A stretch of 59,486 bases of DNA from an uncultured bacterium (GCA_964619725.1 CAZUFC010000045.1:1-59486); one strand, 5' to 3'; counted from the stretch's first letter, positions 10,671 through 20,222 are shown. The notes: generated from the letters alone by a model not told the origin. Program-made: numbers and translations.

Positions 10671-11036
10671 TTACTGTTCAGGCATTAATATTCTGTTGCC
10701 GTAGAAATTTATCAAGGCCTGGCGAGTATCCTCCTCAGAGAGTCCAGAATCCAGTAATGATTCGATCATTCTTCTCATTTCATTGGCGACCATGCAATTT
10801 TTATGCTCCAGCAGCGGTTCTGTGCTCCCGCATGCAGGCAATAATCCGGTGGCAACCCGCTTGCCGGCTTCAGAAAGCGGAAAGTCGGGTATGGAGAATT
10901 CCGCTCCCATCCCTGAATCCATATAATGCGGATCATGATTAGCGTTGCCTTTAACGAGAAAGCCGACTATAAAGCCGACGCCAAACACCAGAATCAGGCT
11001 TCCCGTGATGAGTATGGTCTGTAATTCTTTACTCAT
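10671..11036 (-). CDS. Single-TM protein with CcmH-like helical domain and two Cys
   Basis: 'PAC...KNCMVANEMRRMIESLLDSGLSEEDTRQALINFYG' resembles the CcmH N-domain; start overlaps the upstream stop. Confidence 0.55.
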   Translation of the reverse strand: MSKELQTILITGSLILVFGVGFIVGFLVKGNANHDPHYMDSGMGAEFSIPDFPLSEAGKRVATGLLPACGSTEPLLEHKNCMVANEMRRMIESLLDSGLSEEDTRQALINFYGNRILMPEQ

Positions 11037-13428
11037 TTATGTCGTCCCCTTTCTGCATTTGATCCATAAACTGATCAAAAAGAAAGTATTGCAGTTCATA
11101 ACGTTTTATCTGTTTTTCATCAGGCATGTTGTATACTCTGCCCATGTATTTCCGGCTCAGGGATATACTTCCCAGGACCAGCAGGACTTTTCCCTCGCCT
11201 GCTCTGCGTTCTGCAATGTAAAATTCATCCTCCGGCATGATTTCTTCCGGAACGGAAATCAAATCAGCTCCTTTTACTTCGATAGACGGCGCTTTCATCC
11301 CGGATTCGCCTTCCACTCCTCCTTCGTCTTCATAAATTCCATCATCCTTGCGTCGACTTTCGACCCGGATGCCGAAAGGTTCGACAAAAGCGTTAAGCGT
11401 TTCAAAATAATCTTTTTCATGATAATCCAGGATCATTAATTTTCCTCCTGACCTCACGAAACGCTCAACCGCCTGGACGTCCTCATTGCTGACCTCGCCC
11501 AGCGGATTGAGCAATACCGCCATATCCGTCGCTTCCATCGCCTCTTTCAAAGTATCATAGATTTTAGGATATAAATTGAGCCTTTGAGTATTGACGAAGA
11601 AGGTGTCGAAAACTCTGAATTCATCCGGCGAATCGTATTCCAGCATTGTGGCCAGCCGGAAATCGCCGTATTCTTTCGTGAAGGCGAGTTCCTGATAGGG
11701 TCTTTTCAGTTCGGGAAACCGGTATGCGGAATGATGGATTTGTGAGATTATGTATCCCGTGACGATGATGCCCGAAACGGCGCCGAGCCCGAACATGACG
11801 ACTGCGGTTTCTCTGCGGGAAAAATGCATAAGGAAAAGCGTCGCCGTCAACAGAAGGATGCCTGTGATCAGAGCGATCAAATTCGTCGTTCGCGAAGATT
11901 GGCTTCGATTCAGATAAGCTATACTGCCCATGGCCAGCTCTGAGACTCCATCGAAGAAAAGCGAGAAGTTGGAAAACATGGTGCTGTCAGTATAGGCCAG
12001 GACTTTTCCTTTGCCGAAAGGAACCGCTGCAGACAGAAGAAATACGCCGTATCCTTCCTCCGAATCCGGGGTTATGTCGCCGAAGAAGTTAATATGAGAA
12101 TAATCCACCCATTCCCGTCCTAATCCGTAACCGACCAGAACCCTTTCTCCGCAATAGGGTATTTTAACGGTGCAAGTGGTCTGAAACTCCAGGTTTTCAA
12201 CTTCCAGGACCGCTGGATGGGCAAAAAGCACAGGCACGGAAAAATAAGAAGGATGTCCGGTCGTCAGATCGAACGTATCGTCGTAATTGAATTTCATGCC
12301 GAACCGCAACGCTACTTCATTCAGAAATCCATTCATGCCGAACAGATTATTATGGTCTCCGATCAGATATACTCCGCCCCCTTCTCTTACATATTCGACA
12401 ATAGCTTCTATTTCCTCTTTCCTATACCTCATCGTGGGGCACTTCAACATAACGACGTCGTAATCGCTGAGAAGCTCGCTCGTTATTGGTTCCGTCTCAT
12501 TCACGTCGACTTGATAGAAATGTCTCAACCATTTCATCAAAATCCGGTAATTATATGTCGATTGCTCTCCGTAAGTAACGCGGTCAAAAGGTATCTCGGT
12601 CCATTCCCAATCGCTGTGCACCTCTTCTATCAGGATTCGGCCCTCTTTCTCAATTCCGCGATCGATATAGCCAGCAGCCCACGAAAAAGAAGCCGCAGTG
12701 AGAAAAGCAAGAGGCAATACAACCAGAGCCTTTCCTTTCGATTTTATTTTTTTGTCCTTGATTTTCCATTGAGGAACGAACGTAAACGCAATAGATGTCA
12801 GAACGGCGAGGGGGATCATGCTGATCAGTATCAGCAGTGGATTCCAGAAAATATCCAGTCTGGGGTGACTGGAATAAAAAACGATTATTCCCATGAATCT
12901 GAGAATCGCATAGATAATGGAAAGTCCGGATAACAGCAGGACGCTGCGCAGGAATTTATAATTAAAATAATAAAGCATTACGGCGCCGCCCCCTACAAAA
13001 AGCAGTATCGGAAGCAGGGCCATTTTTTCGATCGAAGCGTTGATGACTCTGATGTGGGCGAAATCCTGCAAATAAATCATGAATTCATGAAAAGCCGTAT
13101 CGAATCCCAGTATATTAAGAGATCGGGAGGCTATCTCGGAGAGAAAGGGAATTCTGTTTTCCAACGGCGCGGCCCATAAATAGATGAAAACTAAGACGCC
13201 CTGAACGGAAAAAATTGCGATTAAGGCGGGAAGGGCTTGTTTGGCAGTCCAAATGAATTTTTTTGTTTTATTCTTTTTCGAGGATACGACGGTCATCCCC
13301 AGGAAGAAAGCCGCCAGAAAGGCGATAAAGAAATAGAGAAGGCTGTCCCATCTGATTCTGGTATAAAGACCCAGTGCGTATAGCCACCCGGAAGCGGTAA
13401 TTACAATCGCAGTCCATAATAACGTCAT
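11029..13428 (-). CDS. Large membrane protein: multi-TM N-region plus two GldG/DUF4350(GIFT)-like alpha/beta domains
   Basis: TM bundle; 'YVREGGGVYLIGDH', 'GKGKVLAYTDS', second copy 'FVRSGGKLMILD', 'GEGKVLLV'. Confidence 0.7.
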   Translation of the reverse strand: MTLLWTAIVITASGWLYALGLYTRIRWDSLLYFFIAFLAAFFLGMTVVSSKKNKTKKFIWTAKQALPALIAIFSVQGVLVFIYLWAAPLENRIPFLSEIASRSLNILGFDTAFHEFMIYLQDFAHIRVINASIEKMALLPILLFVGGGAVMLYYFNYKFLRSVLLLSGLSIIYAILRFMGIIVFYSSHPRLDIFWNPLLILISMIPLAVLTSIAFTFVPQWKIKDKKIKSKGKALVVLPLAFLTAASFSWAAGYIDRGIEKEGRILIEEVHSDWEWTEIPFDRVTYGEQSTYNYRILMKWLRHFYQVDVNETEPITSELLSDYDVVMLKCPTMRYRKEEIEAIVEYVREGGGVYLIGDHNNLFGMNGFLNEVALRFGMKFNYDDTFDLTTGHPSYFSVPVLFAHPAVLEVENLEFQTTCTVKIPYCGERVLVGYGLGREWVDYSHINFFGDITPDSEEGYGVFLLSAAVPFGKGKVLAYTDSTMFSNFSLFFDGVSELAMGSIAYLNRSQSSRTTNLIALITGILLLTATLFLMHFSRRETAVVMFGLGAVSGIIVTGYIISQIHHSAYRFPELKRPYQELAFTKEYGDFRLATMLEYDSPDEFRVFDTFFVNTQRLNLYPKIYDTLKEAMEATDMAVLLNPLGEVSNEDVQAVERFVRSGGKLMILDYHEKDYFETLNAFVEPFGIRVESRRKDDGIYEDEGGVEGESGMKAPSIEVKGADLISVPEEIMPEDEFYIAERRAGEGKVLLVLGSISLSRKYMGRVYNMPDEKQIKRYELQYFLFDQFMDQMQKGDDINE

Positions 13429-13431
13429 ATT

Positions 13432-15918
13432 TCAAATTCCCTTCGAGTCTAATCGCTTCAGGAGTTTTCTGATGAAGTCGACGTTGCCGTCCCAGTAAAC
13501 TTTTTCTGCTTCGAGCGTGACGTCGTACAGATACCTGGTATCGGCGATGAGAGTAAAGCCGCCTTTTCCGACAGGTCGAAAAGCGACGACGGGGTAATTA
13601 AAACGATCTTGATGCAGGACCTGCACAGGCTTTTTCTTATTAAGGTTGATGATCGGCCAGGCTTCCATGAAATGAGGCGACCTTTTCAGAAGTCCGAGCA
13701 AATCCTGGTCCAGAGTTTTATGAATGATGGGAATCGGACCCAGCGGAATGGGTGAGACATCCAGTTCGACGGACTTGAGGAGATTTTCAGAGCCGTGTTT
13801 TTCCTCATATCCGACACTGAGAATGACGAATCCGCCTTTTTCCATATATCTATGTAGGACTTGAATTTCCTTTTCGGAATAGGATTTCATAGGCGCTACG
13901 CTGATGAAAAATTTTACATTGGTTAAGGTTTCATCCCTTATGGGAATCGTTCGGTTAAACACCGGCAGATATCCGTTTCGAGCCAGGTTGACGGGCAATC
14001 CGACCAACGAACTTTCTTCCCAGTAAGCCGACGTATAAAAATTCACGTGAGATGCGTCGACCATCGCAATTTCATCCTCCAAGGGCGACAATTCCTGCCG
14101 GCTTTCCGTCAGAGCGTTCGCAGCAGCAAAAGCGGCGGCAAATATCAGAACCGGTACGGTTGCCGTCCATAGTTTTCCCGAACCATACACGGATAAAACA
14201 AGCAAAACGACCGATACGATGAAGAAAAAGGCTCCGGCCCATGGCTGTAAAGTATTCCAAACGGGTAAACCGGGCCGCGAAAGGTAATGAAACAGCGTCC
14301 TGAAAAATTCGTGAGAATGGAAAGTGACATTGTTCTGAAGCGGAGTAGTATCGCCGAAGACGATGACTTTACCGCGGCCTTTTCTCGCTTCCGCCACGAC
14401 AGGCAGATCGCCCAGAGGTTCTCCCAATTGATAATAATAGTCTCCCAGGAACGCATTATCGGGTTTCATCCTGTCGCCGACGTCGGAAAAGGCGTATTTA
14501 CCGGAAATCACGGGATAGGATGGATATCTAACCCACAGCGAAGCTCCTGTGCTTTGCTGCAGTCTTTCATTGGTGTTGTCGAGCATGCCCGTGGCCGGAT
14601 GAGGGAATATCTCCAGGTCATGATGCCAGTGATGCGAAGTAAAAGCGGAATCAAAACGGAACTTTGTTTTCACGGGTTCCAGCAGATCGTTCAGAGGGTC
14701 CATCGTTCCTCCCACGTCCGTGTGATCCCCCATGACCATTAGTGATCCGCCCTCTTCCACGTAAGTCTCCAGCGTCTTCTTGTCTTTTTCGCTGAAATAC
14801 CAGTCGGGATTGATGATTACATAGACGGAAGATTCCTTGATTTCTTCCAGGGATAGATTCGTTTGCCTGGTCTGTATCTCGGTACGGAAACCGGAAGCAT
14901 GCAGATAGCGGGGCAGCATCCCGAACATGCCGGAAGAAATTATGCCGTAGCGCCCCTTCGTCGGAACTTCCCATCCCGAAATTTCTCCCGTATTGAACGT
15001 TATTTTGGGATTCTCAGTTTCTCCTCCGAAAGGCGCGAATCCAAAAACAAGGCCGGCTGTCAGAAATGATAAGGCCGTCGCAGCAGTAAGTCCTCTTTTT
15101 ATTTTCTTTCCTGACTCCAATGACTTTGTTGGAGGTTTCAGCAAAAGATATATGACAGGGACCGCAGCAACAAGAAGGTATATCAGGGGCACGAATACCG
15201 CCGCCGCATCAGGAAATTCGCTTCCGTATTTCATACCGCCCGGATTCCCGTAAAAATACACCTGAAACAATGTCGATAATCGAAAAACCGCCTCATGACC
15301 GAACGCAATGCTCAGAATCCATATAAACAAATTGTAACCGAACGCCAGAACGCTGAACAACCTGGCCGCGCCTTTCGAAAGAATAAAAATAGAAAGACAG
15401 AGCGCCGAAACAGAGACAAAAGCCCAGAATCCCGAATATGTCGCTCCCATACAGACGTGAGTTCTGAACAGATCGCCCAGGGTGCAGCTAAATGCGTATG
15501 AAAAATCCTGAATTATGTTCCAGAACCAGGGGAACAAGCGGCTGAAAGCCTGCAGCATCCCCAGAAACAGAGCGGTATAAGTTAAAGCGGCATAATGCCT
15601 GTTTTTTCCGGCAGTAATTCTGTAGCAGGCTGCCGGAATGAATGCTGCGAGCATGACGCGCGAAAAGTCGGGGAAAATAAAAGGCGAGAGGAAGCCGATG
15701 ATGAGCAGAAGACCTGCTTTCAGAAGTCCCGCCGGAGCATTATGCTCTTCTTCAGGGATGTTTGCCGCAGTTCTTCTTTCGTTTATAGCGATCAGCGTGA
15801 ACAGCAAAAGAAAAAAAATTCCGTAGAATCGATTGGTCGCAGAAGAGAATCGTCCGAGATTCTCAGCAAGAAAATTAATGCCGATGAGGAAAAGAGCGAA
15901 GTTCAATCCTTTTATCAT
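13432..15918 (-). CDS. Large membrane protein paralogous to 11029-13428 (multi-TM plus two GldG/DUF4350-like domains)
   Basis: 'YVEEGGSLMVMGDH', 'GRGKVIVFGDT', second copy 'YMEKGGFVIL', 'GKGGFTLIAD'; RBS GAAGGA. Confidence 0.7.
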   Translation of the reverse strand: MIKGLNFALFLIGINFLAENLGRFSSATNRFYGIFFLLLFTLIAINERRTAANIPEEEHNAPAGLLKAGLLLIIGFLSPFIFPDFSRVMLAAFIPAACYRITAGKNRHYAALTYTALFLGMLQAFSRLFPWFWNIIQDFSYAFSCTLGDLFRTHVCMGATYSGFWAFVSVSALCLSIFILSKGAARLFSVLAFGYNLFIWILSIAFGHEAVFRLSTLFQVYFYGNPGGMKYGSEFPDAAAVFVPLIYLLVAAVPVIYLLLKPPTKSLESGKKIKRGLTAATALSFLTAGLVFGFAPFGGETENPKITFNTGEISGWEVPTKGRYGIISSGMFGMLPRYLHASGFRTEIQTRQTNLSLEEIKESSVYVIINPDWYFSEKDKKTLETYVEEGGSLMVMGDHTDVGGTMDPLNDLLEPVKTKFRFDSAFTSHHWHHDLEIFPHPATGMLDNTNERLQQSTGASLWVRYPSYPVISGKYAFSDVGDRMKPDNAFLGDYYYQLGEPLGDLPVVAEARKGRGKVIVFGDTTPLQNNVTFHSHEFFRTLFHYLSRPGLPVWNTLQPWAGAFFFIVSVVLLVLSVYGSGKLWTATVPVLIFAAAFAAANALTESRQELSPLEDEIAMVDASHVNFYTSAYWEESSLVGLPVNLARNGYLPVFNRTIPIRDETLTNVKFFISVAPMKSYSEKEIQVLHRYMEKGGFVILSVGYEEKHGSENLLKSVELDVSPIPLGPIPIIHKTLDQDLLGLLKRSPHFMEAWPIINLNKKKPVQVLHQDRFNYPVVAFRPVGKGGFTLIADTRYLYDVTLEAEKVYWDGNVDFIRKLLKRLDSKGI

Positions 15919-15978
15919 TTTGGTCCTTCTTTAGGGAACGGATGAGAACGGCGATGCCGATTCTTGCATGACATTAAC

Positions 15979-16009
15979 AGGGCAGCCGAGCAAGAAGTCC
16001 GGCTGCCCT
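15979..16009 (-). terminator. GC-rich hairpin just after the RHS stop (leaky terminator or mRNA stabiliser)
   Basis: AGGGCAGCCG ... CGGCTGCCCT perfect 10-bp stem; weak U-tract on the minus strand. Confidence 0.6.
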
Positions 16010-16033
16010 TTCAATGACGCAATTTATAACAAG

Positions 16034-16567
16034 CTAATTGGAAAATTCGCATTTATCGCAAGCTGATGTATCACACACGCTGCCTCCGCAACCGCTGCCG
16101 TGACATACGCTCTTGTTGCATTGCGAAGCGTTGCAATTCGATTTATGACAACCCGTGGTTCCGCATCCTGAAACATAGCATTTACTGCCTCCACGGCATG
16201 CGCTCCCGATACACCTGGTTTCATGACAGAGACTGCCGATGCATTGACTCCCGAAACACCCGCTGGCTATACAGACGCTGCCCATGACGCAGGCGCTGCC
16301 TCCGCAGACGCTGCCCACGCACAAGCTGCCGATGCAGGCGCTGCCGTAACACTTGCTCCAACCGCAGGCGCTGCCTCCGCAGGAACTGCCCAGACATGCG
16401 CTGAACTTACAGGCGCTCAAACCGCACCCGCTGCCCACGCAGGCGCTGCCCCCGCACCCGCTGCCTCCGCATATGCTTGTCCGGCAACCGCTGCCCCCGC
16501 AAGCGCTGTAATAACATCCGCTCAATATACAGCCGCTCATAGGATTCCATATCCACCATACGATCTC
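16034..16567 (-). repeat. 32 tandem xx[S/T]xC coding repeats (about 15-nt period) forming the RHS tip
   Basis: Read directly: PMSGC ILSGC YYSAC GGSGC ... GGSVC DTSAC; 30 pentamers, 2 hexamers, 33 Cys in total. Confidence 0.97.
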
Positions 16568-19500
16568 GCCGGTCGGATCAAGATTATTGATGGGATCGTT
16601 GCCGGTGTATATGTAACCGATGGAATCCATGCCTTTCACGTTGGTCGTCAGGCGCTGGCTGTAAAGCGGCGAACTGAGCGCATCGGTTATGTTCGAATCT
16701 CTGCCGTATGAATACTGCGCATGAAGCGTGCTCCGCAAAGAATCGGGTCTTACGGGGTCCAGAGACAGAAAACGGCCTGTCTTGCGGGAGTATAACCGGG
16801 CTCTGAAGTAATACAGATCATTTCCCTCGCTTATCAGTTCACGAGACGTAAACTGGAATTCGTTCGGCACATTTTCCTGAGATTCGCGTTCTTCGCCGAA
16901 AGCCAGATAATCGTAAGAGTTCTGGATAGTCTCTGTGGAATCCACAACCTGGAAAACGGAATTAAGCTGATTCCTTACGAAGAAGAACTTCTCCATGTTC
17001 TTCTGTTTCATCAGCAAAGAATCGATGCCTGCTCCGTAATTGAATACGGTCGTTTCGCCTTCCGTCGTCTGATATAATTTGTTCAAACCTTCATACCCGA
17101 ATTCCGATTCCACTCCGTTTATGGTCTGTTTCATCAGTTGACCGTCAGGCGTATATTCCAGAACAGCCGTCAGCGTCGGTGCATCTATCGCAGTTACCCG
17201 GTTCTCATAATCGTATTCATACAGAACCGTGTCACCGTCATAGTTCTCCAACGTTAAATTGCCGTTGGCATCATATTCATAGGTTATGGTTTCTCCGTTA
17301 GTCGTCTCGGACGTCAGCCGATAACCGCCGTCATACTCGTACGTCGTGGTTAAACCGTCGTCAAACGCCAGAAGCGTCCTATTGCCGATGGCATCGTATT
17401 CAAACGTCCTCCCCATAAGAACAGTCGTGTCCGTCGGGTCCTTGCGTACCTCTCGCGTCAGACGCCCGCCAACATCATAATAATAATACACTATCTCGTG
17501 ATGCATCGTTAAATCCGGCCTCTTTATCTTCTGTTCGCTCCTGGTCACTCGTCCCTGGGGATTCCTTTCGTAAGTGGAAGAACTGATCAATGCTTCTCCG
17601 GAATCGTAAGTATGCTGCGCCGTCATCATTCCGAACGCATCATATTCATGCATCGTATAAGTCCCGCTTCCATAGGTTTCCTTCGTCATCATCTGAAGAG
17701 GCGAATATTCGTAACTGCTGACCAGTTCACCGTCTCTCATGACCCTGGTGAGGTTTCCCTGAGAGTCATAACCATAATGAGTTTCCGAGCCGAACGGATC
17801 AATGACTTTCGTGCGTTTCCGAATGGAATTGTATTCATAAGTTATTTCTCTGTCGTTTGAAACGTCATACACCTTGGTCAACTGCTGCTCGGAATCATAG
17901 GCATATTGAAAATCAGTGGACGGTCCCGTCACCCTGGTCACTTGAGCGATGGCGTTCCGCTCGATGTTCGCCTCACTCATATCGGGATAACTGATTTTCG
18001 TTAATCGGCGAAGCCTGTTGTATTCATAAGTGATTTCGTGGCCCAGCGGATCGGTTTTCTTGGTGATGTTGCCTATCGCATCATATTCGAATGTTACTGT
18101 TTTTCCTGCAGGATTGGTTATGCTCGACAGCCTGTCGAACGCATCGTAAACCGTGGTATATGTGCCGCCATTAGGGTCTTCAACGCTCGCCGGCCGACCC
18201 TTCGGGTCCAGCATCGTCGTGAACATTCGGCCGTTCGGATCGATTATTCGCGTCAGTTGATTCTTGGCGTCAAAGAAATATTGAGTTATACCGCCTACGG
18301 CGTCGATCATTTTCGTCATATTGCCGTGAGAATCATATTCGATGTAAGAGACGCTTCCGTTAGGGTCCAGGGTCTTGGTGGATCGATTGAACCCGTCATA
18401 TTCCACAGTCGCTTCGCCGCCCCTGACGTTGTTCACCTTCGTCACGTTGCCGTTGGCGTCGTAATGTAATTCCTGAGCTCCCCCGTTCGGATACAAAGAC
18501 TTCGTCAACCTGGAATTGAGATCGTATTCATAAAAATATTCCAATCCATGAGATGTCATCTTGGTTTGACGGCTCATCACGTCATATTCGTATTCATTGA
18601 ATACGCCCGTACTCCTGTATGACTTCGTCGTATTGCCCATTTCATCATATTCATAATACTCTTCAATGCCCGTCGGATATATTGTCTTGGTCCGCTGTCC
18701 CCTTGAATCGACTTCATATTCGAATACCATTTGGTCGGTCGTGCCGTAAGCCAGATAGGTTTTCGTCAGATTGCTGTACTGGTCATATTCGTTATAGGTC
18801 ACCGTGTCGTCCAGGTCTATTAACTGCGTCAGTCGGTTGAATTCAGGATCGAACGTCTGGTTCCACAACAGTCCCCCCGGATATTCCATCTGAATCAGGT
18901 TCCCCTTCTCATCATAGCCTGAAATTATGTCGTCCCCCAGTTCGTTCGTATATTTCGTCATGTTGAAATTCTCGTCATATTCGTAGAACGTGTGATGGTC
19001 AAGAGGGTCCACCAGCTCCTGTTGCGTTCCCTTATCCGGGTCATAATAATGGATCGTTTCATTCCCGTGACTGTCCGTCATGATCGTCTGATTAGCGCCC
19101 GGATTATAGTCGAAAGTAAACGATCCGGCAAAATAGGTCTGCTTGGTCGTTCGATCCTGCGCATCATATTCCATGCTTAATTTTTCATTGCCTCTTCCGT
19201 CATAGATCGTCAGAAGATTATGCCTGTCGTCGTAGAAATACTGCTGCGTGTGTCCCATCGGATCGACCGCCATGGTAAGATTGTCCTGTGAATCATAATA
19301 ATACTGGTACACTTCAGAAGCCGCATTCATCAGAAAACGTATTTTTCCGCTGGGCCAGTAAGTAAGCGTCAATTCCCGGCCTGCATCGTCTATTATCTTC
19401 GTCAAAAGCTGATCCGCATCATATTCGAATGACACCTCGTTATCGTTGGGGTCCCTTATCGCCGTTAAAACCCCTTCCGCTCCAAATTCATAACGGGTCC

Positions 19501-20023
19501 CGTCAAGTTTACGGTAAGTGTAATGGCCCGATTCCAGCAGTAATTCGTCATAACGTCCATACGGAGGAGAAAAAGTGTCGTCGCCGTTGTCCGCAAATTC
19601 AAACCTTCCTCCGAAAGGTACCTTCACTATCACTGAATCTTCCACCATGTCAGTTACTTCATAAACACGGTAATTGTACGAATGAGACCAACCGTATCCG
19701 AAAGGACCGTCGTAACGATCATGGTTGTTGTAAAACCTTACGAACTGCACGAGCATTCCCGGGGCCTGGTAAGAAAATTCATGCCTTCGATAACGGAAGT
19801 TTCCCGTGCTCATGTTGATCGGATCGCCGTCATTATCCGGATCAGGATCATCCGGCGGATTGTCCGGGTCGTTCGGATCAGGCGACGTCGTGTTATGACC
19901 GCCGTCCCAGGGCTGATCGAACGCTCTTATTATACAAGAATCATTTATCGCTGTTCCTCCGATGAGCAATGCCGTCAGAAAAATAAAAATTATTTTCCTT
20001 GATGGAAAATTCATCCGAATCAT
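16034..20023 (-). CDS. Secreted RHS/YD-repeat protein (DUF6531 + YD shell + RHS core) with Cys/Ser pentapeptide-repeat C-terminal domain
   Basis: Signal peptide; GDPINMSTGN and FGYGWS (DUF6531); many YD repeats; core LYYFRARLY..GRFLSLDP..YTGNDPINNLDPTG; RBS AAGGAGG. Confidence 0.95.
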   Translation of the reverse strand: MIRMNFPSRKIIFIFLTALLIGGTAINDSCIIRAFDQPWDGGHNTTSPDPNDPDNPPDDPDPDNDGDPINMSTGNFRYRRHEFSYQAPGMLVQFVRFYNNHDRYDGPFGYGWSHSYNYRVYEVTDMVEDSVIVKVPFGGRFEFADNGDDTFSPPYGRYDELLLESGHYTYRKLDGTRYEFGAEGVLTAIRDPNDNEVSFEYDADQLLTKIIDDAGRELTLTYWPSGKIRFLMNAASEVYQYYYDSQDNLTMAVDPMGHTQQYFYDDRHNLLTIYDGRGNEKLSMEYDAQDRTTKQTYFAGSFTFDYNPGANQTIMTDSHGNETIHYYDPDKGTQQELVDPLDHHTFYEYDENFNMTKYTNELGDDIISGYDEKGNLIQMEYPGGLLWNQTFDPEFNRLTQLIDLDDTVTYNEYDQYSNLTKTYLAYGTTDQMVFEYEVDSRGQRTKTIYPTGIEEYYEYDEMGNTTKSYRSTGVFNEYEYDVMSRQTKMTSHGLEYFYEYDLNSRLTKSLYPNGGAQELHYDANGNVTKVNNVRGGEATVEYDGFNRSTKTLDPNGSVSYIEYDSHGNMTKMIDAVGGITQYFFDAKNQLTRIIDPNGRMFTTMLDPKGRPASVEDPNGGTYTTVYDAFDRLSSITNPAGKTVTFEYDAIGNITKKTDPLGHEITYEYNRLRRLTKISYPDMSEANIERNAIAQVTRVTGPSTDFQYAYDSEQQLTKVYDVSNDREITYEYNSIRKRTKVIDPFGSETHYGYDSQGNLTRVMRDGELVSSYEYSPLQMMTKETYGSGTYTMHEYDAFGMMTAQHTYDSGEALISSSTYERNPQGRVTRSEQKIKRPDLTMHHEIVYYYYDVGGRLTREVRKDPTDTTVLMGRTFEYDAIGNRTLLAFDDGLTTTYEYDGGYRLTSETTNGETITYEYDANGNLTLENYDGDTVLYEYDYENRVTAIDAPTLTAVLEYTPDGQLMKQTINGVESEFGYEGLNKLYQTTEGETTVFNYGAGIDSLLMKQKNMEKFFFVRNQLNSVFQVVDSTETIQNSYDYLAFGEERESQENVPNEFQFTSRELISEGNDLYYFRARLYSRKTGRFLSLDPVRPDSLRSTLHAQYSYGRDSNITDALSSPLYSQRLTTNVKGMDSIGYIYTGNDPINNLDPTGEIVWWIWNPMSGCILSGCYYSACGGSGCRTSICGGSGCGGSACVGSGCGLSACKFSACLGSSCGGSACGWSKCYGSACIGSLCVGSVCGGSACVMGSVCIASGCFGSQCIGSLCHETRCIGSACRGGSKCYVSGCGTTGCHKSNCNASQCNKSVCHGSGCGGSVCDTSACDKCEFSN

Positions 20024-20222
20024 CTGGAACCTCCTTACGCAAGGCGAAACGCGTTGCCGCGTTCTTCTAATGAAATTAAAAAAATCGTTAATATGCAGAA
20101 CCGTCCCCTCATTAAAAAACTCTCCTTAACAATACTCTTTCTTTCACGGCCCTGATATTCTTCGAATTCGAAAAAATTTTTGCTTTGGGTTAAACTCCCA
20201 TTCCTATGATGTTCCGTTCGTC

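Noticed and set aside
16034-16567. CRISPR array or DGR template in the ~15-nt periodic repeats
   Set aside because: Repeats are degenerate and codon-periodic within a CDS; no unique spacers, cas genes or reverse transcriptase
16223-16711. Ala-rich 162-aa ORF on the + strand (possible antisense immunity gene)
   Set aside because: Antisense shadow of the TGC/AGC/GGC codons of the Cys-Ser repeat; no RBS or independent features
16034-20023. T6SS or Tc-toxin effector assignment for the RHS
   Set aside because: Sec-type signal peptide; no PAAR/VgrG/Hcp or TcA/TcB genes and no small immunity ORF in the window
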